From NCBI GenBank assembly GCA_003614675.1, contig ML002397.1, positions 1 through 34,111 of the forward strand: 34,111 bases of DNA, given 5' to 3'. Shown piece after piece: positions 1 to 11,872 of this stretch. The stretch's first letter is position 1, and every line of letters begins with the position of its first letter. The notes beneath the pieces are model-generated. The model saw only the letters and a list, made by a program, of their open reading frames with translations, was not told the DNA's origin and ran no database searches. The stretch is from Dimargaris cristalligena. Lineage: Eukaryota. Position numbers and translations under genes: made by a program.

Positions 1-828
1 GTCTCGGTCTGGTGGAAAAACTAACTAACTAAGGAAAACACGCACTCGGCGGGGACGATTCTTATCTGATCTTCAGACAGGGATAACTAGGGCAACCGGG
101 GATCACACAGGGTTCCTTCTAGTGTACAGTAGATAAGGCACAATGAATGGGCTTGGGCCAAATTGACGACAGGGATAGAGCAAGACTGGTGGATCGAAAT
201 AACTAACTGGTAAACTATACTTGGTGTAAAAACGGCCTGTTTATTAGGAGAATACCCAATGGGTATTTATATGAAATGTAATAAAGAAGGCCGCCAACAT
301 TGGTGGCTCTGAGGGTACTAAGTCTGAGGATATGCCCCAGACTTCTATAACTAAAAGATCTTCGAGTTATGAATAAGAACTATGAATACTGAATATTGAA
401 TATTGAATACTGGAAAAACGGCCTAGCCATCGAAGGGCTTGTAACTGGGTGGGAAAAGATGAAGACTGATATTTGGTGATGTTCTTCATCTTTTCCAAAC
501 TAAAAATAGTTTGGCCGGGATATGCTATTAGGGATTAAACAAGCCCGGCCACAACAGCGTCGAACCAGCGTAGAGCTTGTTAGAAGATACCAATGAATGG
601 TAATATGTAGGATATCTAATCATCAATGGGTAGAAATAATAGGATAATATATGGAATAAATGAGTCAAGTGACGAGATTGTGACTAAAGGAATGTTATCC
701 TTCAACAAGGCCGAATTCCCGCGCCTTGTTGATGGAACTAGGCGATGATGGTGCTTAGTCCCCCATGATTTAGTCGGCATTTATCCTTATTGATCATTTA
801 GCACGGCAACCCAGGTCAGGTGTTGACA
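1..828 (-). mobile_element. Probable LTR (or other TE terminus) running off the window start
   Basis: Non-coding; right edge TGTTGACA (821-828) reads TGTCAACA on the minus strand, like a TG..CA LTR terminus; minus-strand TATAAATA (~265-272) followed ~25 nt later by AATAAA (~240-245), a typical LTR layout; several internal hairpins. The other end and any TSD are not visible. Confidence 0.4.
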
Positions 829-1122
829 ATAAAAATGGGGGTCTGATCAAAAGCCCATCAGGCATTGTCTTAATGGTTCAATGTGGACGTTGGTCTTTAC
901 GTATGTATCCTCATTTAAATAGGGGCGAGGTCGCCAGTTAGTAGCGTATTTTCGACTACGTATAATAACAAGTTTTGCTAAATCCACCATCGCACCATTC
1001 GATTTTTTTTAAATTATTATTATTGGTAAACGAAATACTGTTATCTAGTTTTTAGCGACTTGGTCCCAGCTCCTCAATTTTTCATTCTTCGCCATCCTCA
1101 AACAGTCCCCCCCACCCTACCT

Positions 1123-1580
1123 ATGATGTATTTCCACCCCCTCAATGGGAGATTCGAGAACCTGAAAGTAGACCGTAAGTGGGCCTAATAGTCCAGTATA
1201 AGACCCCCCCCCTCATTCTTTGCAAGAGACAAATATAGCTTCATTTTACATATATATATATATATATATGTCCCTCTTTCATTTGAAATTAAATTTTATA
1301 TATCCATACTCCAATTACGAGTTTCAACGCGACTAATTTCGATTCACCTCCCCCTTTATCCTCCTCCTCTTCCATTTTTCCAATAATGTAATCGTGCTTA
1401 GATTGGGTGCAGTATGCCGTATTGGGTAATCCTGGCATTCGATACAATGCTATGGTCGTGGATGTGAGGTTGGATACCTATTACCAGCTCGTGACATTGG
1501 CCGATGAACGCGGAAATGCGATGACCTTCGGTCCCTACGATATCGCGTTCCGCCACATTCGCGATCCCGCCTTATTTTAG
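1123..1580 (+). CDS. Two-exon micro-gene, 76-aa protein of unknown function (beta-rich, possibly SH3/KOW/Tudor-like); not in the ORF track
   Basis: Exon 1 1123-1174 (ATG...GAC C|GTAAGT), intron 1175-1401 (227 nt, ends GCTTAG), exon 2 1402-1580 (TAG). Phase-1 join is in frame: MMYFHPLNGRFENLKVDHWVQYAVLGNPGIRYNAMVVDVRLDTYYQLVTLADERGNAMTFGPYDIAFRHIRDPALF. GC-rich exons, AT-rich intron, AATAAA at 1673-1678. Confidence 0.7.
1250..1269. repeat. (AT)n microsatellite inside the micro-gene intron
   Basis: About ten AT repeats read directly. Confidence 0.9.
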
Positions 1581-2497
1581 TGACCATGTTGATCGGAGTT
1601 GCTAGCCGAAGCCCCTGAGCCCAGTGTGTGGCCCTCTGCGTTTGATTGTCTGGGTATACTGCACCATATACAAATAAATCCTAGTAAAGTACTGCTAGAA
1701 CCCAGCGTCTGTTTAAATATACTACCATTGTAGTTAGAATAATCATGAGCAGTTTGGGCGTAAATGAGATTGATAACTGCGACAGTTCTTGGTAATATAT
1801 TGATTAATTCAATATCTAAAACGGTTGCGATTATTGGGCCTAATTGTCGGCTAAAAGGTAGGTTTCATGGTGCCCTTTTAAAGACCAAGGGAAGGTAGGT
1901 CGTCTACTTCCTTAGCTACAACCGAATCACTCCAAGTAGAATAGTACTTATTGAATCGATAAGGCGGTGTCTAGGGTAATGCTTCGGCGAATTCAGAGAA
2001 AGTATAAACCCGCCGGATGCTCACAGATATTTATTCTTTGAAAAGAAACATCGTAGGCATAGTGGAAATAACTCGACCCATAGTATATATATATATGGGA
2101 ACGACCAATGGGTAGGCTATACTATTTAGTTGCCAGTAGCGAAGGTAGGGGGTATGTAAAAGGTATATTTGGCTAAAATACTGAATATATGATAGGTAAA
2201 TATGGGTAAGTAGGTAAGTAATTACGGTAGGGTATAATAAAACAGGTTAGGGTAGTGTAGCTGGGTGTTTGAAATAAGCAGGCGATAAAATAAAATAAAA
2301 AAGGTATGTAAGAGGGTGCATAAAAGGGGTGGCTGTGACATGTACTGGCAATGCCACAACCCCCCATCAAAGACAGTCAGGGTATTTTTTAAGAACGGTT
2401 CGCTGGATATAGAGGGGAAGAAGGGCCAAAGGGGGCGAGAGAAAGGGAGTGTAGATAGAGGGCGTGAGTCCATACTTCGACTGAAAAAATAGTAGTA

Positions 2498-4141
2498 TTA
2501 ATCGTCATTGGCAGATTGGTTGAATTTAGGCCGGAGGCGAGTTGATTTTTGGCGCCGGGTGTTGGGAGGGGCAAAAGGGCTCGCGCCCATTGGGTGCTGG
2601 TGGTGGTTATGGAAGGAGTTTAGGTGCGGCGGCTGATAGTAGTGCGGGGTTTGTGGCATGGGGGTCGACGGCGGGGCCAAATGACCCGATAGCATACTAC
2701 TATGGGATTGGGCAGACATGGGCTGTGGTGGTGGGTGGACCGTGGGGGCCGCCGCACTCACCGAACGGGTTCGAATGAAATGAAAGGCAAAATTAGACAG
2801 CACGATGGTACAAAAGAAGAGGATCGCGAAAAACGTCATAGTTTTATAGGATATCGGTTCGATGAAGCTGTTGATGATTTCGGCGAACGTTTCGGCTGAC
2901 ACTTTAGCGCGTCCCACGATTTTCGGGTCCCGGTTCATACAGGATTCCCAAATGGCACAGGCCTTCTGCATCGCGGGCACCCGGGTGTCGGGCGAACACC
3001 GGTTTTCGATGAAGTTTTTCGTGCAAATGGACATTTCCTGGAGGATCTCTTCGGAGTACTCGTCGACTTTGAGGTCCACGTCCCGTTGGATGGTCATGAT
3101 GAACTGGGTAACGACGTAGAGGATAACGCCCACGATAAAGAGGTTGAAGAACATTTGGATGTAGCCGCTGAGAATGAATGGGAGGTCGTGGTGCCGTTGT
3201 TGCCAGTTGTCGTTGGTGGCCGGTGGTGGTGGGGGGTAGCGGGTCGTCAGCTGACCGTTGCCGTAGGCTAAATGGGGCTGATAAAGCTGGTGGTTTTGTT
3301 GGAAAGGGTCTAGCTGACTGTTTTTACCGCTATTGTCGTCATCGTCGTCATCGTCCTCGGTGTCGCTGAGCTGGGAATCCGAGTCCGAAGCATCCTGGTA
3401 TCTCCGGTGCTGTTGGTTGAGGCGGGACCGGGCCTGGAGGGGGGTGTGGAATGTGTTGTGCGAGTGGTGTTGACTGGCATTGGCCCGGAAACGGTGGGCT
3501 AGGGACATGGCGCCGAACGTTGATTGCGGGGTATTATTCTCCTTGCGCTTACGTAGGGCCCGTTTCGCCGCGCTGTTTTGGATGGGACGCTCCGCATTAT
3601 CGCCTAGTGAGATCTTGGTTTGGGAGGTGGCCTTGGCCAGATCCTCTACAGGGTCGAATCGGCAATGCTGGGCCTTTTCTACTTTGCTGGTGGGACTGAA
3701 GAGAAACGGTGAGCCAAATTTGGGCCGTTCGCTCGGAGTCTTGTCGAGCTCCATGGTGGAATTGAAGGGACCTGTGTGTTTAGTAGCGGATCAAGGTATA
3801 TTAGGGAAGTATTCAAGGGATGAGTAATTTATAAATTGGTATTAGTACGTGGATCAGGGGATTTAGGTTGGTTATAGAGCAATCGCCAATGTATTTTGGA
3901 GATATATCCGGTCCAAGGACTCAAATTGCACGTATAATTGCGGGTAGACTATGTATTAATAGAAGGTGTGGAGATAGATTCCCACTCAGTATTTAGAAGA
4001 ATGGCTGAACTCACGTTTCCGGGGAATTGGGCTGTTGTCGAGAAAAGGATTGGGTAGGTGGGATCGGTCTTTTTCGTAGGTGAAGTCCATGGGTGCCTGG
4101 TTGCCCCGTTCAAACTCGGAGAAATTAAAAGGGGATGCCAT
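2498..4141 (-). CDS. BRL1: Brl1/Brr6 family nuclear envelope / NPC assembly protein, 466 aa, 2 exons
   Basis: Exon 1 4141-4015 (MASPFNFSEF...), intron 4014-3772 (GTGAGT...CTACTAA...CAG, phase 1, in frame), exon 2 3771-2498. Two TM segments flanking the four-Cys domain: YIQMFFNLF..TIQRDVDLK..CTKNFIENRC..RVPAMQKAC..WESCMNRDP..VGRAKVSAETFAEIINSFIEPISYKT. Confidence 0.92.
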
Positions 4142-4827
4142 TGTTGTCGAGTGGCGAGGCGCGAATAATAAGAATGAGAGCGAGTGTGAGAGTATTCTAA
4201 TACAGTGGGATGAATCAGCTGGTGGAATGTGATGGGCGGCTAATGCGATAAGGATGGAGTAAGCCGGTGGAGAGAAGGGGCAGTCAATGCCCCGGCGGAC
4301 TTTACTGTTCTGGACACGGGCAAAGTAAGTGGGTGGAATAGTAGTAATAAGGTTAAGGTGGAATAGGAGTGAACGAAAAGAAGGGGGAATCAAGGGAGAG
4401 AACAGACAGAGTCTTTCCTATTCTCAGTCAACAGTAAATAATAAGAAGAGGAAAAGGGTTCTTCAGACCACCGACCAAGTCAGAAACGGGAAAGTAATAA
4501 ATAGTATTGACAAGCACTTCTTGCAAGGAGACGTAAACAATAACAGCGGACCACCTATTACTTACTACTTGCTGTACTCTTCCCCCCAGGGGAGGGGTCC
4601 CAGCCCTTTTTTCGCAGGCCCAGGTTCTTTTCCAGCTCTCTATATGCGTATGCTACTTACGCAGCCCAAGTAACGTCTTATCAATAATAAGGCACTACTG
4701 CGTCCTTCTGGAACTCCTTGTTCCCCCCATTTCCCAACTCTTCCTCATCTGACTTCGACATTCCCCTACGCCAATTCTTATTTCGTGCGCGCTCGTTGAG
4801 ACGCCTGAACTACAGATTAGTCCCGAC
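4142..4827. promoter_or_regulatory. Divergent (bidirectional) promoter/5'UTR region between BRL1 and OCA1
   Basis: Head-to-head start codons 687 nt apart; purine-rich left half and pyrimidine-rich right half match 5' leaders on opposite strands. Confidence 0.6.
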
Positions 4828-5763
4828 ATGACCTACCAACGCTATGTACCTCCGTCGGTAAGCATACTCCTCCATCTCTAACCACCCTGCCAATCCACTC
4901 CTCGCACCGCCGCATATAAAATAATCCCCGGTCCGATCCAGACTTAAACCCAGGCAGACCAGCCACTTCCGACAAATTAATAGTATATGCAGGCGGTGCG
5001 ACCGGTTCCGGCAGCGGCCCCGGGTGTCGGCTAGGCATCCAGCAACCAGAGTTACCAACAGCGCATTCCTTTATATCCCCCACTCTTTTGAACCCACCAC
5101 CTATTCCACTTAGAACTTCGGCTACATTGAGGAAACTCTGTATCGCTCCGGCCAGCCTAATGAATTGAATTTCCCCTTTCTAGAGCGCCTCGGTCTCAAA
5201 CACATCATATGGCTCGCGCCCGAGGAACCCAACCAGGCATTGTAAGCTACTTTGATCAATGCCATGTATCCCTCCCGCAATCCTTAGCAGGCTTCCTCAA
5301 TGATCGAAATGACCCCTCTCGTGCTTCTTCAAACATGGTCTTGAGCCGCTCTTCCTAACCCATTTCCCAATCGGTATGATTGAAATCATTGTTATCCACA
5401 ACGTCCCCATTTTTTGCCAGCCTCAACTTCATCGATGACCAGGAAATCGAACTCCACCATTTGGGGGTATTCAACCCCGTCAATGCTTGGGAACCCGTCA
5501 CCGAAGACGTGGTTCTCGAGGCGCTAGAATTGGTGCTGGATCCGCGCAACCATCCCATGGCGGTCATGTGTAACCTAGGTCGCCATCGGACGGGGACGGT
5601 GGTGGGGTGTCTGCGCAAACTCCAGCGCTGGAATCTGGCCTCTATTTTCGAAGAGTATCGCCGCTATGCTGGCCAGAAAGTGCGACTGCTTAACGAGCAG
5701 TTCATTGAATTGTTTGATACGGATTTGGTGCGAATACCCGTCGACCAGCCCAAGTGGCTCTGA
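4828..5763 (+). CDS. OCA1: Oca1-like atypical dual-specificity/tyrosine phosphatase (Siw14/Y_phosphatase2 family), 166 aa, 3 exons
   Basis: Exons 4828-4857 ([10 protein letters not shown]), 5114-5241 ([39 protein letters not shown]), 5421-5763; introns GTAAGC..TAG and GTAAGC..CAG keep frame. CX5R motif [16 protein letters not shown] and [12 protein letters not shown] resemble yeast Oca1. Confidence 0.88.
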
Positions 5764-6954
5764 ATCCAATTCTGTCCGCCAGATCTAGTGGCCCAGCTGC
5801 CTTGGTTGCCCATACTCTAAATACTCCGACTTTCTTCGTATTTTGATTCGCATCCGTCTATCCCCATCTCTTGTAATACTATTCCATTTACCACCGCGAC
5901 ACTTCCCCAGTTCTTGGAAACTACGCCCGCCCCATGAATTGCATTAAAGTGGGCTTGGCCATCTTTCCAATAATCCCCGCCTAGCTAATGTCATCCGTAT
6001 ATATTCCCTCAGCTACTGAAGGCACCACCCCTCCTTTGACTTCGAAACCCCCTTCTTATGCCAATTGTATCCGCCTGCAGTCACCTTCTCCCAATATAAT
6101 ATAAGATTGGTCCGCCGTTATGGTCAAATGAATCGGAGGGAGCGGCAGTGTGTGTGGCTCTATTCCACTCCTTCACATGCTAGCCAGTAGGCAAGCTTCT
6201 TTTCCGTATCTCCCTTATCTTGTTTGCCCTCCCTCCCCCCACCCACTGAAAAAGCCCAGGTCGCTAGGATACTCCCCATGCCATGTCATGGGGTTGGCCA
6301 GACGGGCCTTTCTCCCAATTATGGCTCTTCTGTATATGCCAGTGCAGACGGATGTAAGCAGAGCGGACATTTTTCATACCTCGCACCCATCATATCTCCC
6401 CCCTTTTGGCAATGTAACTGGGTGGATGGAGGGGGTGCACTTGCAGGTGCAAATGTCAGTATGCATTAGTGACAGTGGCATGCCAGCGCGGGTTTGTTTA
6501 TTTAGGTCTACGTATCCCGCTGCTCCCTGTCCAGCAAGACGGTCTCCGCTAAGTACCAGATATATTTCTATTCCCTGGCTCCCTTTCTTGTTTTGCCGAC
6601 TGCTTTTCTTTAGTTTATCGTGGTATTCGCGTCTGTCTATTACTTTGCCCTGCTGAAACCCCTTGCCTATACGTCCCCCAGTGCTTGGCCCCGTATCTAA
6701 AACCATCGGGTATATAGTTGGTGGTGTACTGCTTCCAGCTGACTTGCCATTCACTCCTCCTACTCCATACTTTTATCCGCTTTTATATAGTTGAAAACCC
6801 GAGGATTCGTATTCATTCCCTGTCGTAGCTCCCTTATTTCCTTTTCTCCCTCCTCCCTTTACATATTCTCGTTTTCGTTCTCCCTTGACCTCACCCGTCC
6901 ATCCACCCCCATTGGCAGTCCAGAGAGCTCCATTACACTAGCCGCAGTGTAACC

Positions 6955-8205
6955 ATGACCGTTCCCGAAGAAAAGCCCAGGGGTGCCTCCACTACTTCAA
7001 CCGACTCGGCTGCCCCCGTGGGGAAACCTCGTACATCCACTCTGAACCGCCTCCGGTCCTTGGCTGGTTGGTCCCAAGGCGATATGGACCGGTTGTTTCT
7101 GCTTTTTCGTAGCTACCCCGCGCCGGTACTCGACCGGTTAACCCGGTTTCTTGCCTCCGCTTCAGGGTCTGACAAAGTGCTAATGGTTAGTACGCATATA
7201 TTCTAATACCCGTTCGGCCAGTCTCTAACCCCCACCCTGGTATGGCACTGCTCGTTCACGTTGGACAATATCTCGGTTACTCCCAGAATCCTTTTTGTGT
7301 TTGTATTGGGGGTGATAAGGTGCTGGGAATATCCTAAAGATAGAGTGATGCTGGATGATTGTGTTGGTATAAATGAGAACTATTTTCCCCAATGTTGAGG
7401 ACAATAAACTGTAAATGATCAACTATTTGTCAGTCTATACACAGTCCAACTATTCGTCTTTGGCATTACTAACCTTTATTACTGGCCCTATTTAATTCAC
7501 TATTTATTTATCATTTGTACATTCACCTTCCTATTTTCTCACCACCCCTCCCAACCGCAGATCATCCAATATTTCTCCAAAATTGTCATTTGGTACGCCC
7601 TGCGCAAGGGTAATGGCGGCCTGGCAGACCGTGTGCGCAACCTGGCCAATCCCGTTTCCGACTACCGAATCCTTTCTCGGTTCACAGGTCTCATCCCCCT
7701 CGTCCACTACATGCGGGCCATCGAACTCAACCCCCCGCCTACGCGTTACCTCCACCAGTTAGCTCGCCTCGAAAACCTCTGCAATTTCGTCTACTATCCG
7801 CTGGAACATGCCTATTGGCTGGGCGCCCATAACATTATCCCGTCCACGCTGTTATCCCCCGCCAAAATCGATACCATTGGTGTATGGTCCTGCCGATTCT
7901 GGGCCGGCTACGTGGTCCTGCATTTCCTAACCCTGCGCGAAGAGCACCGGCTGCTCCAGTCCCGCAAAGTCGAAATCCTGGCCGATAAGCACGAATCTTC
8001 TCCCGCGGCCTTCCAGGCTAAACTCGAGCAGTGGCATCGGCAACACCGCGATTGGTGGGTCCAGCTGGTCATCAATACCGCCTATTTCCCTCTCACGATT
8101 CACTGGTCTAACCCGAAGTCGAAATTCCCCGATGTGGGGGTCGGCATTTGCGGAACCATTGCTGCCCTGGCCCAACTTTACAGTGGTTGGAAGGCCACTG
8201 TCTAA
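6955..8205 (+). CDS. PEX11: Peroxisomal biogenesis factor 11 (PEX11) family protein, 291 aa, 2 exons
   Basis: Exon 1 6955-7185, intron 7186-7560 (GTTAGT...TACTAAC...CAG, phase 0), exon 2 7561-8205. Join gives RFLASASGSDKVLMIIQYFSK; also YYPLEHAYWL, WSCRFWAGYV, NTAYFPLTIHWS, GICGTIAA, typical of the fungal PEX11 family. Confidence 0.82.
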
Positions 8206-8370
8206 TTATGCTTCTTTGCGAGTCAATACCATAGCGTGAAGGCCACTTTTAAATAGACACCCTAATTTATTTTTGACTACATTCAGCGGACGGGTATGTT
8301 ATATGCATGTTTATGAATATTATTCTATCCTGGCTGTGTTGGTTCAGTCGAGCCTCCCTTACCCATTCCA

Positions 8371-8542
8371 TATATGGTTGGTTTCAGGACTAGGCCGAAG
8401 GATAGGCTAGGCGAGATTATTGATTGGGTCAACGAGGCTATTGTCGAATAATACTAATGAAGAACCTCGGTTTTATAGTCGATTCAGCCTCTATTTGGTC
8501 AGCCAGCGGCATGGCTGATTACCATTATATACCAACCATTTA
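8371..8542. mobile_element. MITE-like element with termini related to the ~150-bp family
   Basis: Inverted termini ATGGTTGGT (8374-8382) / ACCAACCAT (8531-8539) with TA just outside; left end TATATGGTTGG resembles TACATGGTTGG of the 13498 copy. Confidence 0.4.
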
Positions 8543-8596
8543 CTTCTAATACAAAACCATACCATGAGGGCTGTTTAATTTTTCAAAGGGAGTGCC

Positions 8597-9129
8597 TATA
8601 TTTGTTGGGCAGTGTATCCATTTGGAAGGATGTGAAAGATGTGGGACTCTCCTCCGCCCACCCTGGCTACCTTTTAGGCCCAGCCATCTCACCTAGTATA
8701 AAGAACCTAGCCCTCTATAAGCTGATCCGATTTGGAAAAGGCTTCATACTTAAGATTGCAGTAGTTGTACTGAAACTGAGCGCTACAGTATTAGAGAGTT
8801 GAAGAGAATATTTAGATACTGGGGTGCTCCTTGTCAAATAACGCGCTTCGTTTTCTAATGTACTTCTTGTTGGAAATATGAATTCAATAGTAAACGCAAG
8901 TGCCTTCAGATGCAACTAAAAAGGATTTAAAGAAGAGAGAAAGAACCGCAAGGGGCAAGGCTAGATGCCCGCGGTTGGTTTTATTGAATTGGATAATAGC
9001 ATTAATAACGATTAGAACGAAGTCTAAGGTGTAGAATGATATAGTAATGGCTAGAATATAGTCCCGAGTATAGGACGGGCCAATCATAGAGATGGAATCA
9101 GTGGGACGGGGGAAATGAATTTCCAACAC
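8597..9129 (-). pseudogene. Possible decayed two-TM membrane-protein gene
   Basis: ORF 8884-9129 has two hydrophobic stretches; the same frame continues past TGA as a basic segment (IHISNKKYIRKRS) with scattered TAA/TAG/TGA codons that could come from CAA/CAG/CGA. No family recognised. Confidence 0.25.
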
Positions 9130-9259
9130 TTCTTGTAATTTAAAAGGGGACTGTTCGGTAAAGTTGAGGAGCCACCTTATGTTTATTTAATCTCCAACTT
9201 TTCAATGATTCGCTTCTTAACAATAAGTCACTTACGCTGATATTTTAAAAGTATAGATT

Positions 9260-9400
9260 GGTATGGGTGGAGATCTAATTAACTGTATAACATAACAGCT
9301 GCAGGGTGCAACTGATTTGGCTGGTTAAAATTATTCGCATTGTCTATACACCCATATACATTACATACTAAACCCTAGAGTTGTCGATTTCACCCATATA
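9260..9400. mobile_element. MITE-like family copy 1 (~140 bp)
   Basis: TATGGGTGGAGATC..CTGTATA ... GATTTCACCCATATA inverted termini; internal CTGGTTAAAA shared with the 12798 copy. Confidence 0.55.
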
Positions 9401-10046
9401 TAATAAGTTATACCTCGCTGCCCAAAATCTATTGCGGTGGTAATCAAGCCCAATGTCCAATTAGAGTCCGCGGAAGTAGACCTCCTAAGGATACAGGACA
9501 TAGGATCTTTTTATTATGCACTCATTTGACACCAGGGTTTTGTCTATAACGACATAGCCAGCTTATTTATATAATCTTTTGAACTCTGCAATCGATTAAC
9601 TCCGCTAATGTAAAATTTAGTCAAATAATGAACCAAATAAAAATGTGTGTACCCTTATGAAAAACACTGGCTAGCTGTTCACTCCGAAATTTTTCCAGAA
9701 GAACAAACGAGAGGTTGGGTATAAATTTTTATTCCAAAAATAGATAATAATACATTAAGCATGCATTTCTCGACGCTGTGCGACGAATCTCTGAGTGGAA
9801 GCAGGTGACAAGCGAAATATATATATATTTATATAATAAGAACACTTGTCGAGCTAATCCGGTCACGGACATACACTGCCGATTTAGAGGTGAAAAGCCC
9901 CACGCCCCCCCCCTATCACCATAGTGATCCTCGGGGCCTGGTGTAGTGGAAGGCAACCTAAACCGACATCATGCAGCCCCTTGAACCTGGCGAAGGCTAC
10001 CGCCAAGTTTAGCCAATTAGCCGGAATGGGGAATGACCCTATTCGT

Positions 10047-10421
10047 TTATGGCTTATGAAGGGCGGCTTGAACCTTGCTGGCATCCTTGATGTTGGGCAG
10101 GTTGGGCTTGGCCGGGGGTTTAACCGAAACCGCCGCCGATTCAGCGTCGGGAATTTTACTGGTTAATCCATGCACGTTATTCAAAGTATCAATGGCATTC
10201 TTGGCGGCATTGTCAGGCTTAGGAGTCTTGGTTTGTTTGGCTGCGAATTGGGCTGAGCCGGTCCTAACGGTTCTGGCAAACGCGCGAAAAGCAGGCGTGC
10301 GGCGGTGAAGACGGGCGGCCGTGAAGGAGCCAGAGCTGAGGTCTTGGGGCAATGAGGCGCCGCTATTCATGAAGCATGTGGCCAGGGCCAACATGGCAGG
10401 GATAGAGTGAATGATGTACAT
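10047..10421 (-). CDS. Small secreted protein candidate, 124 aa
   Basis: CCACCATG start context; TATAAATAA on minus at 10605-10613; N-terminal hydrophobic signal (MYIIHSIPAMLALATCFMNSGAS/LP), Kex2-like LHRR site, Ala/Lys/Pro-rich tail. Confidence 0.6.
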   Translation of the reverse strand: MYIIHSIPAMLALATCFMNSGASLPQDLSSGSFTAARLHRRTPAFRAFARTVRTGSAQFAAKQTKTPKPDNAAKNAIDTLNNVHGLTSKIPDAESAAVSVKPPAKPNLPNIKDASKVQAALHKP

Positions 10422-11872
10422 GGTGGGGTGGTGGAATGGATGAGTAGGGAGGAGTAAGTGGGTGGCAGTTTGGTGCGGGGTTGGTTAGAATAGAAGAGTG
10501 GTGATAGTTGTGTTAAAATGCTTAAAAGGGTTTAGATAAGGGCTTAGAAGCTGTGCAATGATAGTTGAAGGATTGGTGAGTAATGTAGGAGGTGAAATGC
10601 AAGGTTATTTATACGGCATGTCAAAGTAAGAGTCGGTTAGATAGTAGCAGGAACCGGTTGAGTATCCTCAGGTTATTATCGCATTTCCCTCTTAGACCAG
10701 CTCCCACTTTCGGGGATTTAGAAGAGTGGCTGCATTAGTATTTCTGTGAGCCCGGAAATTGCTACTTGGGTGAGTAAATTGCAGATTGCCCTCTTCAAAT
10801 GGCGGGAACTTTGTTCTTTACTAATCCACCAACGACAAAGACGCCGCGGATGCGTTACAATGTTCAATTTTGCAAGATTGGCGATAAATCCATTGTTGGC
10901 GTTAAACAAGGCAAAGGTCACATTAGTTTTTATAACCCTTGCTCTATCCAAGCACCCGGTTACATTAAATTTACCTCTGGACTCGTTACTATTTCATTGT
11001 ATGAGGAAAGAGTTGGTAGATTACTGAATCGACATATGTAGCTCGCCTTACCCACCGGCTTCTCCGGCTCACAGTCAGACTAAATATTTTTCGTATGTAA
11101 AAGCTACTTGGTTTGATTTAACGTTGGAAAAACAGAGGGGAAGCAGTATAGGTAAATATTACAGAATGCACATAGGGCCAAATATGGGTTTATTTTTTGA
11201 ATGTGCATATATTAGAGATTTATTAGAATCCCGGTTTTGCCTCGGGCACCAAGTTGGCCAATTTCGACGTGCCATTTGGACCGCCCGGGCTACCGCAAGG
11301 GTAGTAGTGGATGAGGGGGGGAGGAATTGGTAGATTTAAAGAAAGGCGGCAACTTGGTAATTAATTGGTCGACGTGTCGGAAAAACTTAACGATAATCTA
11401 ATTATAGCGCACCCTTGAATAGAGGAGAAAAGGCGACTTTCAAGTGATTGTATAGTCAAGCGAGGGTTGCATTACCAGCTGTAGGAAAGCTTGGAATTAG
11501 GGGACATATCACTGATATTGGGGCCCTATGAAAACTAGTCCAATCACCATCTTTAATACAGCTCAAGATTACCCCTAACCTTTAATATGGGATTAGAGCG
11601 TTGGAGATCTACGGTCCGTTCCCTTAATTGATTTTCAAAACTATTGGTGCAATATTAGATTCAAAGAGCGACTTCACTCGATACCCAAGTATCGAATAGC
11701 TAGTACTGCCTAGCCTCCGAATACTTCGAGAAACTAAGGGAAGAGTTGGATAGTCTATATGCCCGAGTATTAACAAAGGGATCCGGTGTACTTACACTGT
11801 ATAATTCCACCACCTTCCCCCCCCCTGCACCAATCTATGGTACATGCACTTTAAAGCAAATGGCTTGGGGGA

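Noticed and set aside
1406-1665. RNase P/MRP, SRP or other ncRNA (terminal stem; minus-strand ACCCAATACGGCATA fits the RNase P CR-V pattern)
   Set aside because: No CR-I/P4 partner or SRP helix-8 motif found; the GC-rich stretch is better explained as exon 2 of the spliced micro-gene.
2542-3827. Several + strand ORFs over BRL1 (likewise antisense ORFs over OCA1, PEX11, HRQ1 and 30550-31506)
   Set aside because: Shadow ORFs of GC-rich coding sequence with no independent motifs.
4858-5420. Intronic snoRNAs in OCA1 introns (and in the PEX11 intron)
   Set aside because: No canonical RUGAUGA/CUGA pair with terminal stem or clear H/ACA architecture.
6150-6754. Overlapping 168-aa (+) and 126-aa (-) ORFs
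   Set aside because: No recognisable motif or codon bias; lie in the PEX11 promoter region.
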